A DNA stretch of 64,000 nucleotides from Algoriphagus sp. (GTDB lineage Bacteria; Bacteroidota; Bacteroidia; Cytophagales; Cyclobacteriaceae), in assembly GCA_048819475.1 (NCBI GenBank), contig JBMDXP010000073.1:53998-117997 (forward strand), read 5' to 3'. A model generated the notes under the pieces. It worked only from the letters and a program-made list of their open reading frames with translations, had not been told where the DNA came from and did no database searches. Shown piece after piece: positions 38,175 through 47,625 of this stretch (positions are counted from its first letter, which is position 1; each line of letters begins with the position of its first letter). The position numbers were made by a program, and so were the translations under genes.

Positions 38175-40209
38175 CACCCAGTTCCCCGTAGGTAGCCAGA
38201 TTGCCATCAGTCGTTTTTACTGATTTCAGCTTGATGAATTTAGCCTGCACCGACTCAAACCGTACCCGCTGTTGAATAGGGCTGTTTGCAATATTTGAAA
38301 ACTCGCCAAAGGCAACCCTTTTCCAAACTTTACCATCATCACTGATTTCAAAAAGATAGTCAGCGATAATTCCATTCGGATATCTAGCCTGCATGGGGGT
38401 ATAGGTAAAACCAACCAGCCGATGAATTTGTCCCAAATCAACAACCAACTCATTATCTCTTGAAACCAGATAGGTAGAGGGATTTTCATCTATGGCAAGC
38501 TCGCCCTTTTCCCGGTAAGTCTTCCAACTTTTCTTTGGGATATCCAGGTCTGCACGCAAGGCCTCACTTTTTTCACCAGTATCCGGATTCCATACCTCCG
38601 CAATCAAAGTATGCGGAGAATTTACAGGGATTGGTCCATTATACAATGCGCTTGCATCTGTGGGTTCTGTACCATCCAGCGTATACCTGATCTCCAGTCC
38701 ATCATCCGGAGATGTGAGTGTGACCTCGCCGGATACTGAGCGGGAAAAGGTAGGAGGTATTACCAGCTTGGAGGCATTAAACACACCAATGGTAGAAATC
38801 ACAGGGACATCCTTAGCATCCAAAAAATTTATCCGCAGTCGTTGTGCAGTTTGCTCACCCAATCGAAGAATTCTTTTATAGCCTACTGTGGTCCCTTCCG
38901 CAATTTTCTTCCAATCGCCATTTTGCTCTATTTCTATAGAAAATTCCTTAATCCTTTGGCCCAGAGGGGTATATTCCTGTAGCAGAAGTCTGTTAAAATC
39001 TGCTTCTTTTCCAAAATCAAGAATAAGGCTACCTTTCAACTCTCCATCTTTTAATGCCCAATAGGTTTCATAATCTCCGTCCAACACCTTGTCAGCTTCA
39101 TAACCTTTACCCCTGTCCGCAGTGGCTTTTATCTTCGCGCTGGACGCCAAATTGTCAGAAAAATCCTCCCGTATTTTATTCCCAAACTTCAAAATTGCTT
39201 CCTCGTCCTTACTATGGATTAACCCCCTTCTATCTACAGGAAAATTAATCAATAGGGAGCTGTTTCGACCCACACTATTGTAATATATCTCCAAAAGTTC
39301 AGGTAAGGTCTTGACTTTATGGTCCTCATATTCATGATAATACCATCCAGGACGGATAGAAACATCTGCTTCGGTAGGTACCCAATGGGTTCCGTTTTCC
39401 TGTCCGGAAGCATATTTTTCCGGGTATTCGGGCATACCTGCATAGACGGAATCACGCATGAGGTTAGACCAGGTAGTTTCGTAGGCAAAGCCATCTTCAT
39501 TTCCTACCCAACGGACATCCGGTCCCCCATCACTGAACATCATGGCATTTGGCTGCAGTTCACGGACCAGTTCATAGACACTCGGCCATTCATAATAGGT
39601 TAGCTTATCTACTTTCCTTTCCTCATTGGTCCCGCCATAGTAACCACTTCCCCCGTTTGCTCCATCAAACCATACTTCAAAGATATCCCCATAATTTGTA
39701 AGGAGTTCTTTGAGTTGATTTCTCATGTAAGTGACGTATTCAGGCCTGCCATAATCAGGATGGTTTCTGTCCCATGGCGAATAATAAACGCCAAATTTCA
39801 GTCCATACTCTTTACATGATTCTGCCAATTCCCTGATTAGATCACCTTTCCCGTTTTTCCAAGGGCTGTTCTTGACTGAATGCTCAGTATACTCTGATGG
39901 CCACAAAACGAATCCATCGTGATGCTTGGCAGTAATTATCAATCCTTTCATACCAGCTTCACTGGCAATTCGCGCCCATTGGCGGGTATCTAGTGAAGTG
40001 GGATCAAACTGCGCTGGACTTTCGTCTCCATAGCCCCATTCCCTATCAGAAAACGTATTCATATTAAAGTGCACAAACCCATAAAATCCCAACTCCTGCC
40101 ATGCAATTTGACGTTCATGGGGAATGGGTAGGACCGGTGCCGGAGGAGTTGACTTTTCCTTACAAAAACTTAACAGGATTAAAATGAGAGAATAAAGTAA
40201 TTTCTTCAT
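38161..40209 (-). CDS. GH29 alpha-L-fucosidase lipoprotein with F5/8-type and Fn3-like accessory domains
   Basis: FVHFNMNTF, LIITAKHHDGF, YYSPWD, WFDGA, DVSIRPGWYY, SVGRNS; lipobox-like LLSFC. Confidence 0.92.
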   Translation of the reverse strand: MKKLLYSLILILLSFCKEKSTPPAPVLPIPHERQIAWQELGFYGFVHFNMNTFSDREWGYGDESPAQFDPTSLDTRQWARIASEAGMKGLIITAKHHDGFVLWPSEYTEHSVKNSPWKNGKGDLIRELAESCKEYGLKFGVYYSPWDRNHPDYGRPEYVTYMRNQLKELLTNYGDIFEVWFDGANGGSGYYGGTNEERKVDKLTYYEWPSVYELVRELQPNAMMFSDGGPDVRWVGNEDGFAYETTWSNLMRDSVYAGMPEYPEKYASGQENGTHWVPTEADVSIRPGWYYHEYEDHKVKTLPELLEIYYNSVGRNSSLLINFPVDRRGLIHSKDEEAILKFGNKIREDFSDNLASSAKIKATADRGKGYEADKVLDGDYETYWALKDGELKGSLILDFGKEADFNRLLLQEYTPLGQRIKEFSIEIEQNGDWKKIAEGTTVGYKRILRLGEQTAQRLRINFLDAKDVPVISTIGVFNASKLVIPPTFSRSVSGEVTLTSPDDGLEIRYTLDGTEPTDASALYNGPIPVNSPHTLIAEVWNPDTGEKSEALRADLDIPKKSWKTYREKGELAIDENPSTYLVSRDNELVVDLGQIHRLVGFTYTPMQARYPNGIIADYLFEISDDGKVWKRVAFGEFSNIANSPIQQRVRFESVQAKFIKLKSVKTTDGNLATYGELGVLTQ

Positions 40210-40329
40210 AGGGTGGGTTCGAGATCGAATATTACCACTTTAGACACACAATTTGAAATTTTAAAGAATTCTCCATCACCACAATTTACCTTTTGAGTCA
40301 ATGTTAATGACTAAGTTGAGTTTAGTATG

Positions 40330-40337
40330 TAATTTCG
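40330..40337 (+). promoter_or_regulatory. -7 box variant TAATTTCG, 4 nt before ATG (leaderless candidate)
   Basis: TAATTTCG-gacc-ATG. Confidence 0.6.
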
Positions 40338-40341
40338 GACC

Positions 40342-42582
40342 ATGAAATCTATTCTCACCTGTTGTTTTATTTTTGTCACATTTATTTCCCAGGCGCAGAT
40401 CACTTTACGCGTAGTGGACGAGGAAAATTTGCAGCCGCTGGAGAATGTTCGTGTCAAAAGTTTAAGCGGGGGGATCAAGCTTACCAATGAAGCAGGTGTT
40501 GTGTTTTTTGGGGAGGAAGAGACTGCTTCTTTTCAGTTTTTCAAGGAAGGATATGAATTCTTGAGCCAAACCTTTTCCCAAGGAGACCATGAGGTCAGCC
40601 TGATTTCCAAAACTATAAACCTATCTGCAGTAGTGGTTCAGGCTTTTGAAACCGAACGGCCTATTTTGGAGCAATCTGCCTCTATCTCTACTATTTCAGA
40701 ACGGGATTTCAATCGGTTCAACGAGATCTCCCCCGTCAATGCTTTCAATACTAAGCCGGGTGTCAGAATAGAAGAGAGGGCACCTGCCAGCTACCGCATT
40801 TCTATTAGAGGGAGCTCGCTCCGTGCACCTTTTGGGGTGAGGAATGTGAAGGTGTATTGGAATGGGGTGCCCTTTACTGCTCCAGATGGAACGACCCCAT
40901 TAAATCTCCTCGATTTAGGAAATATCACAACTGCAGAAGTAATCAAAGGACCTTCAGGAAGTATCTACGGGGCAGGCAATGGAGGAGTGATCAATCTTGA
41001 AAGTAAAGCAAGTCCGATCGGCGGAAAAATCTCGGCAGATTTCACCGCTGGAGACTTTGGGCTTTTCAGGAATAGGTTAGCCATTTCCCAGCAGGTAGGA
41101 AGTGGAGGATTCGAAGCATCTTATGTGAAGCAGAAATCTGAAGGTTACCGTGATCATTCCGCTGTGGACCGTCAGGTTTTTCAATTGGGGAGTTACTTCC
41201 CAGTATCGGAAAAGCAGGAAATCCGTACCCAATTGCTGGTTTCAGATTTGGACTATCAGATTCCGGGGGCTTTGACAGAGGCCCAGCTAGAGGAGAACCC
41301 TTCCCAGGCAAGACCGGGCTCAGCTTCCCAAAACAGCTCCATATCCCAACAAGCTGTATTTGCTTCGATCGGTCATGTATACAGGTTCACTTCGAATACA
41401 AACAACACCACAACCATCTATATCCAAACCAACAACTTTGAAAACCCTTTTATACTCGACTACAAAAAAGAGCTGGGGTTTGGATATGGTGGACGAACCC
41501 GGTTTTCCCACGAAGGTAAACTGGTAGGCAAGCCGCTACGCCTGACAGCAGGTGGAGAATTCCAGGGTAGCATTACGGACGCTCAGAATTTTGGAAATAG
41601 GGATGGCGTAGCAGATACCATTCGCTTTGCTGATAAGCTCCGGGCCACTCAAGCTTTACTGTTCCAGCAAGCTGAATGGGAACTCAATGAGCGGTTTATT
41701 TTCACTCTTGGACTCAGTCAGAACTTCTCCAGTGTTGAAATCGATAGACAAGTAGATGCCTCAGGAGGAGTATTGGGGCTACAGAAGCGGACTTTTGACC
41801 CTTTGGTAATCCCACGAGTGGCTCTTAACTATAAATTGAACAGCTTTTCTTCAGTTTTTGGAAGTGTGAGCAGCGGATTTTCACCTCCCACTATTGATGA
41901 AATCCGAACTAACGAAGGAAGTCTCAACCTTGATCTTGAAGCTGAAAAAGGGGTGAATTATGAACTGGGCTACAAATTGGGTAGAGAGAAACTAAGCCTG
42001 GAACTCACTGCTTTTTATTTCAAACTGGATGAAACCATCACTACATTCACCAATGATCAAGGGGTAGTATTGTTCAGAAATGCAGGTTCTACAGATCAAA
42101 AAGGGATTGAAGCGGCTTTGGATTATTCCATCTTCAGAAACAGCTCAGGACTGGTGAGAAATCTCAACCTAGGATCAGCTTATACCGGCCATTTTTTCAA
42201 GTTTGGAAACTATATCCAGCAGGAAAATGATTTTTCGGGAAATGACTTGACGGGTGTTGCGCCTCATACCGTAGTTTCAAGATTGGATCTACAGACAAGA
42301 GCAGGGTTTTATCTGAACTTTACCCATCAATTCGTGGATGAAATCCCATTAAATGATGCCAATACTGTTTTCCAAGGTTCTTACAATCTAGTAAACATTC
42401 GGGTAGGGATAATACGAAATTTTGGAAAAAACTGGGACATCGAAGGGTTTGCCGGAGTGGACAACTTGCTTAATGAAACCTACTCTCTTGGAAATGACCT
42501 GAATGCTTTTGCCGGAAGGTTTTATCAACCAGCCCCTCTTCGTAATTTTTACGCAGGAATTAAGATTGGCTTGAGCTATTGA
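40342..42582 (+). CDS. TonB-dependent receptor (non-SusC, FecA-like)
   Basis: Signal peptide; plug motifs ISIRG and EVIKGPSGSIYG...GGVIN; C-terminal GVDNLLN...RNFYAGIKIGLSY; no SusD partner nearby. Confidence 0.92.
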   Translation: MKSILTCCFIFVTFISQAQITLRVVDEENLQPLENVRVKSLSGGIKLTNEAGVVFFGEEETASFQFFKEGYEFLSQTFSQGDHEVSLISKTINLSAVVVQAFETERPILEQSASISTISERDFNRFNEISPVNAFNTKPGVRIEERAPASYRISIRGSSLRAPFGVRNVKVYWNGVPFTAPDGTTPLNLLDLGNITTAEVIKGPSGSIYGAGNGGVINLESKASPIGGKISADFTAGDFGLFRNRLAISQQVGSGGFEASYVKQKSEGYRDHSAVDRQVFQLGSYFPVSEKQEIRTQLLVSDLDYQIPGALTEAQLEENPSQARPGSASQNSSISQQAVFASIGHVYRFTSNTNNTTTIYIQTNNFENPFILDYKKELGFGYGGRTRFSHEGKLVGKPLRLTAGGEFQGSITDAQNFGNRDGVADTIRFADKLRATQALLFQQAEWELNERFIFTLGLSQNFSSVEIDRQVDASGGVLGLQKRTFDPLVIPRVALNYKLNSFSSVFGSVSSGFSPPTIDEIRTNEGSLNLDLEAEKGVNYELGYKLGREKLSLELTAFYFKLDETITTFTNDQGVVLFRNAGSTDQKGIEAALDYSIFRNSSGLVRNLNLGSAYTGHFFKFGNYIQQENDFSGNDLTGVAPHTVVSRLDLQTRAGFYLNFTHQFVDEIPLNDANTVFQGSYNLVNIRVGIIRNFGKNWDIEGFAGVDNLLNETYSLGNDLNAFAGRFYQPAPLRNFYAGIKIGLSY

Positions 42583-42671
42583 GATCTTAGATAGCTGTTT
42601 TTGGGCAAAGACAACCTTTCCCAAGAAGTCTTCCAATTCATTTGGGCAGGTTACCTGATTTCCTGAAACGC

Positions 42672-44585
42672 TTACTCTTCTATTCCATCAAGTTCGCTCA
42701 GCTCCAGCCAGCTCAGCTCCAGCTCTTCCAATTCCCTGTCTATCTCCGTCATACGCTTTGAAACAGCCTTCAACTGTTCATGATCGTCTATACCAGCCCC
42801 AATCTGCTCTGCCAAACCTGTTTTCTCATTTTCCAGCTTTTCAATATCACTGTTGACACGTTTAAACTCCTGCTTCTGCTTATAGCTGGCTTTACTCTTT
42901 GGAGAAGAGCTTGAGGATTCGATCGCTTTAGTCGGTGCAGGCTGGGCTGTTTTCTCCTTTTTGGAGACGACAGCGGTTTCTTTGCCGGCGGTTTCTTTTT
43001 CCAGGAGACGGAACTCTGTGTAGTTTCCCGGGAAATCGCTGATTTCTCCTTCCCCTTCAAACACAAATAAATGCTCTACTAACTGATCCATGAAGTACCG
43101 GTCATGCGAGACAATGATCAGGCAACCCGGAAATGTGTCGAGAAACTCCTCGAGCGTATTCAATGTCATCAGATCAAGATCATTGGTCGGTTCATCCAGA
43201 ATGAGAAAATTAGGATTCTTGATCAATACCATGAGAAGTTGAAGCCTTCTCCGTTCTCCTCCGCTAAGTTTCTCTATCGGGGTATGCTGCTGCTTGGGAG
43301 GAAATCCAAACTGGGTTAAAAACTGACTTATCGTGATTGTCTGCCCTTTATCCAATACGACCACTTCCGCCACTTCCTTTACAATATCAATCAGGCGCTT
43401 GCTTTCGTCGAAACTACTTTCTTCTTGCCTGTAGTAACCAAATGCCGTCGTTTGCCCTATCGCTACTTTTCCCTCATCTGGTTGTAGCTGTCCGGTAATC
43501 AGATTAAGGAATGTTGTTTTCCCAGCCCCGTTTGGCCCAATAATTCCAATACGATCCTTCTTTTTGAAAACATAATTGAAATCCTCAACCAGCTTCTTAT
43601 CACCGTAAGATTTGGTCAGATGCTCAATCTCAATAATCTTATTTCCCAGCCGCTGGGCACTCACCTGAAGCTCAATATCCCTATCCTCACGTTTCTGCGA
43701 GGCTTTTTCCTTTGTCTCCTCAAATGCATCCACACGGTATTTGGCTTTGGTACTCCTGGCTTTGGGCTGACGGCGTATCCAGTCGAGCTCCTTTTTATAA
43801 AGGCTTTTTGCTTTCTCTAGTTCAGTGGCCTCATTCTCCATCCTCTCGTCCTTTTTATCCAGAAAGTATCCGTAATTCCCCTGATACCTGTGGATTTTCC
43901 CCTGATCCAATTCCAGTATTTCATTGGTTACTTTTTCCAAAAAATACCGGTCGTGGGTAACCATGAAAAGGGCAAGATTGGCCTTTGCCAAGTATTCCTC
44001 CAGCCACTCGATGGTTTCCAGATCCAAGTGGTTAGTCGGCTCATCCAGCAACAGTAAATCCGGTTTTTCCAGAATAGCTTTTGCCAATGCCACACGCTTC
44101 CGCTGCCCCCCACTAAGGCTTCCTACCTGAAGGTCTGTGTCCGGCAGCCCCAGTTTTCCCAATACTTCCTTGACCTGATACTCAAAATCCCATGCCTGAA
44201 ACGCATCCATCTTCTCAAAAAGCACCTGCATTTTATCCGGATTATCAATACCATTTTCAGAGTCCAGTATGGCTTTGTGATAATCCTGGATAACCTGAAG
44301 AACCTCACTGTTGCTCTGGTCAAAAATGGTCTGGTAGATGGAAAGAGTTCCTTCAAATACGGGGTTTTGATGCACATAAGCCACTTTTACAGCCTGGTTC
44401 ACCGCTACTTGGCCGTTATCTGGTATTTCCAGCCCCATAATGATTTTCATCAAGGTGGATTTGCCTGCGCCATTGATTCCGACCAAGGCGATTTTCTGCC
44501 CCTGGGATATGCCAAATGATATATTGGAAAAAAGCTTACGCTCTCCGAAAGCTTTACTGAGATTCTCAACCGAAAGGTAATTCAT
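42672..44585 (-). CDS. ABC-F family ATPase (Uup-like)
   Basis: Two NBDs (GINGAGKST/LSGGQ/LLDEPTNHLD and GPNGAGKTT/LSGGE/ILDEPTNDLD), no TM, C-terminal coiled coil; start at ATG 44585. Confidence 0.93.
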   Translation of the reverse strand: MNYLSVENLSKAFGERKLFSNISFGISQGQKIALVGINGAGKSTLMKIIMGLEIPDNGQVAVNQAVKVAYVHQNPVFEGTLSIYQTIFDQSNSEVLQVIQDYHKAILDSENGIDNPDKMQVLFEKMDAFQAWDFEYQVKEVLGKLGLPDTDLQVGSLSGGQRKRVALAKAILEKPDLLLLDEPTNHLDLETIEWLEEYLAKANLALFMVTHDRYFLEKVTNEILELDQGKIHRYQGNYGYFLDKKDERMENEATELEKAKSLYKKELDWIRRQPKARSTKAKYRVDAFEETKEKASQKREDRDIELQVSAQRLGNKIIEIEHLTKSYGDKKLVEDFNYVFKKKDRIGIIGPNGAGKTTFLNLITGQLQPDEGKVAIGQTTAFGYYRQEESSFDESKRLIDIVKEVAEVVVLDKGQTITISQFLTQFGFPPKQQHTPIEKLSGGERRRLQLLMVLIKNPNFLILDEPTNDLDLMTLNTLEEFLDTFPGCLIIVSHDRYFMDQLVEHLFVFEGEGEISDFPGNYTEFRLLEKETAGKETAVVSKKEKTAQPAPTKAIESSSSSPKSKASYKQKQEFKRVNSDIEKLENEKTGLAEQIGAGIDDHEQLKAVSKRMTEIDRELEELELSWLELSELDGIEE

Positions 44586-44589
44586 GCCG

Positions 44590-44597
44590 CAAAAATA
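44590..44597 (-). promoter_or_regulatory. -7 box TATTTTTG, 4 nt before the ABC-F ATG (leaderless candidate)
   Basis: Minus strand TATTTTTG-cggc-ATG. Confidence 0.75.
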
Positions 44598-44919
44598 GAT
44601 AAAAATGAAAGAACAATAACCTTGGATTTTATGAAGGAACCAAACAGGCATCCGGTTGCGGGATAGGGGCTCTATAGCTACACATGGGAAACGCTTTACT
44701 TTGAAGTTGACCCGGAATTCTGAACTGAAAGCCTTCTGGTAGGCGGCGCTATCTTTTGTTTAATTTAGTACCATGCAATATTGGCACCATTTAGCGAATT
44801 CGAGCTGCTAAGTACGATTAAGGCATTACTTTACTAAAAATTCAAGTGGAATTTCTTTTACTTAAATTAAACCAATTACTATTATTTACTGCTTCCTTCA
44901 GCTAATCCTATATTACCTT

Positions 44920-45405
44920 ATGAAAACCATCCACGATATACTTAAGCTTGGAGACCCGAGACTTTATACCGTATGTGATCCGGTATCAAGTGATGAACTT
45001 CCCTATATAAGTGAATGGGTCAACCAACTCCGGGAAGCAATGAATGATGTGCGCCGTGTATACGGATTTGGCAGAGGCATAGCCGCTCCCCAATTGGGAA
45101 TAATGAAACGGATGTTTTACCTGGATTTGGATATACCCTATATTATCCTGAATCCAGAGCTCAGTGAGCTAAGCCCGAGACAGTTTGAGCTCTGGGATGA
45201 CTGTATGAGTTTTCCGGGACTTTTAGTCAAGGTAGCTCGTCATCAATCCCTTACCTTAAAGTATCAAGATGAGAAATGGCAAACGCACACTTGGAAAGTC
45301 TCAGGTGCTATTTCTGAATTAGTCCAACATGAATGTGATCACCTAAATGGTGTCCTTTGTACAATGAGGGCAGTAGACGCCAAGTCACTCCGATGGAAAG
45401 CGTAA
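44920..45405 (+). CDS. def: Peptide deformylase-family protein with atypical motif 2
   Basis: GIAAPQLG, DDCMS in place of EGCLS, QHECDHLNG. Confidence 0.85.
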   Translation: MKTIHDILKLGDPRLYTVCDPVSSDELPYISEWVNQLREAMNDVRRVYGFGRGIAAPQLGIMKRMFYLDLDIPYIILNPELSELSPRQFELWDDCMSFPGLLVKVARHQSLTLKYQDEKWQTHTWKVSGAISELVQHECDHLNGVLCTMRAVDAKSLRWKA

Positions 45406-45770
45406 TATAGACACTGTAAAAGCATTCTTTACCCCCTATTAACAAAGCTGTGAGGTATAGGCAGTTCAATTCCTCCACACCCCCGCTGAATGTATGGGAT
45501 TGGAGGGCTATATGGGACGGGAGCTTTTGGTGCGTGGAAGGGGAGATTAAAAGTGGTACCCGGTTACACAGCTAGGTTTGATATAATTCTACCCAATAGC
45601 TCAAAAAGCAATCCCTATAAAGTGGGGTTAACTCAGTACTCCGCGGAAGGAATTCCAGTGAATCTTTCTGAAGAGAGAAGTGTTGGGAATCGTGGTAAGG
45701 GCGCCGAAAATGAGCGATTGGCTATAAATCAGATCGCTCTACCCCAGCTCTCAATGCAAGCTTAAATTAC

Positions 45771-45778
45771 TACCTTTG
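45771..45778 (+). promoter_or_regulatory. -7 box TACCTTTG, 4 nt before the rlmN GTG (leaderless candidate)
   Basis: TACCTTTG-aaac-GTG. Confidence 0.75.
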
Positions 45779-45782
45779 AAAC

Positions 45783-46844
45783 GTGGAAGAGACGATTAAA
45801 AAAGACATACGTAAACTCAGCCTGATCGAGCTTGAGGAGTTCTTTTTGGCAAATGGAGAAAAGAAATTCCGGGCTAAGCAGGTCTATGAATGGCTTTGGA
45901 ACAAATCCCTGAAGAATTTTGATGAGATGAGCAATATTTCCCTTTCCACCAGAGAGCTGCTCAAAGCCAATTTTGCCATCAATCATATTCATGTGGATCT
46001 GATGCAGCATTCTTCTGATGGAACCATCAAAAATGCTGTGAAACTTTTTGATGACAAGATTGTGGAATCTGTCCTGATTCCCACCTCCAAACGGATCACC
46101 GCCTGCGTTTCATCACAGGTAGGATGTAGTCTGGACTGTAATTTCTGTGCAACTGCGCGGTTAAAACGGATGCGAAACCTCAATCCTGATGAAATCTATG
46201 ACCAGGTGGTCGCAATCAAGGAGGAGGCAAATACTTACTTTCAGCGTCCGTTAACCAACATTGTTTTTATGGGTATGGGAGAGCCTTTGCTAAACTATGC
46301 AAACGTAATCGCGGCCATTGATAAAATCACTTCTCCGGAAGGTCTCGGCATGGCGGCTAGAAGGATCACGCTCTCCACTGTGGGGATTACCAAGATGATC
46401 CGGAAAATGGCCGATGATGGAGTCAAATTCAACCTGGCAGTCTCCCTTCATTCTGCTATCAATGAGACACGCTCCAAGCTTATGCCGATAAATGAAACCA
46501 ATACGGTAGAAGAATTGGGAGAGGCATTAAAATATTGGTATGAAAAAACGAAGCGGAAGGTAACGTACGAATATGTGATATGGGAAGGGATAAATGACGA
46601 TGAAAAGCATGCGGTAGCCCTAGCCCGGTTTTGTAAGCTTATCCCATCCAAAGTGAATATCATCCAATACAATCCTATTGATGAGGGAGAGTTTCGACAG
46701 GCCAGGCCCGAAGCAGTAGACATGTATATACGGGTCCTCTCAAATCAGGGAATCATAGCCAAAGTCCGGAAATCAAGAGGCCAGGATATCGATGCGGCAT
46801 GTGGCCAGCTTGCCAATAAGAACGAAGTAGCAGAAATATCGTAA
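45783..46844 (+). CDS. rlmN: 23S rRNA (adenine2503-C2)-methyltransferase RlmN
   Basis: CVSSQVGCSLDCNFC, MGMGEPLLN, LAVSLHS, DIDAACGQL. Confidence 0.96.
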   Translation: MEETIKKDIRKLSLIELEEFFLANGEKKFRAKQVYEWLWNKSLKNFDEMSNISLSTRELLKANFAINHIHVDLMQHSSDGTIKNAVKLFDDKIVESVLIPTSKRITACVSSQVGCSLDCNFCATARLKRMRNLNPDEIYDQVVAIKEEANTYFQRPLTNIVFMGMGEPLLNYANVIAAIDKITSPEGLGMAARRITLSTVGITKMIRKMADDGVKFNLAVSLHSAINETRSKLMPINETNTVEELGEALKYWYEKTKRKVTYEYVIWEGINDDEKHAVALARFCKLIPSKVNIIQYNPIDEGEFRQARPEAVDMYIRVLSNQGIIAKVRKSRGQDIDAACGQLANKNEVAEIS

Positions 46845-47095
46845 ACACGTGTTATATATTTGATGAAGCCCCTAAGCAATCAATCTAGTCAAATCAAAAT
46901 CAATTTTTCAAAGGTAAAAGAAGATTCGCATGAAGGGGAGTGGAGAATCAATCCGGAATACTTCAACAAGGACTCCTCCAAGAACGCCTGGTAATTGTAG
47001 AATGGATGCAGGCGGTAGATTAGTCCAGGTTTTAAGATAGTGCTTGCTTTGTTAGCCTGAGTATTTTAGTTTGTAGTCTCAACATAGAACTCCTG

Positions 47096-47575
47096 ATGAT
47101 GAAGAAAACGTTAGTGACGCTCTTAGCCTGCTTTTTGTTATACTCCGTAAGCCATGCCCAATCCCTTGAACAAGGAAATACTAGAATACATACGTTAGGT
47201 TCTTACGGATTAAAATGGAAAAATTTCGGTGCCGGTGCCGGGGTGGAGTTCTTCTTTGCAGATAACTTTGCGCTGATGCCCAGTTATACTTTTATCTTTC
47301 CAAGGGTTGGGAAGGCAAGCAATTTTAGTGCGGATCTTCGATATTATTTATCAGATGGACCCTCACAGTTATACTTATTGGCCGGCTATAGCCAGAACTG
47401 GGAGAATCCTCAAAATGACCGGGCAGGGAGAACCAGAACCGCAAAGGGTGCAAATGTAGGAATAGGGGCATACATCAGGATTGTCGAATGGGTAGGAATA
47501 AGCAGCGAATTCCGCTTTCAGAGCCAAACTTCACAGGAAGGGGGATTCCGGGTAGGTTTAGCTTTTCCTCTGTAG
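47096..47575 (+). CDS. Small outer-membrane beta-barrel protein
   Basis: Signal peptide ending SHA-Q; about 8 amphipathic strands; C-terminal GLAFPL. Confidence 0.75.
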   Translation: MMKKTLVTLLACFLLYSVSHAQSLEQGNTRIHTLGSYGLKWKNFGAGAGVEFFFADNFALMPSYTFIFPRVGKASNFSADLRYYLSDGPSQLYLLAGYSQNWENPQNDRAGRTRTAKGANVGIGAYIRIVEWVGISSEFRFQSQTSQEGGFRVGLAFPL

Positions 47576-47625
47576 AGAATGCCGCTTATCCGTCCTTTGC
47601 CAGATAACCGAAAAGTCAACACCGA

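Noticed and set aside
40210-40341. Cobalamin/TPP riboswitch or tRNA (GGTTCGA at 40212) before the TonB receptor
   Set aside because: No cloverleaf or B12/THI box; the promoter box sits 4 nt from the ATG, leaving no room for a leader
45490-45765. 91-aa ORF between def and rlmN
   Set aside because: No recognisable motif, promoter box or typical A-rich leader; cannot support it as a gene, though the 377-bp gap is otherwise unexplained
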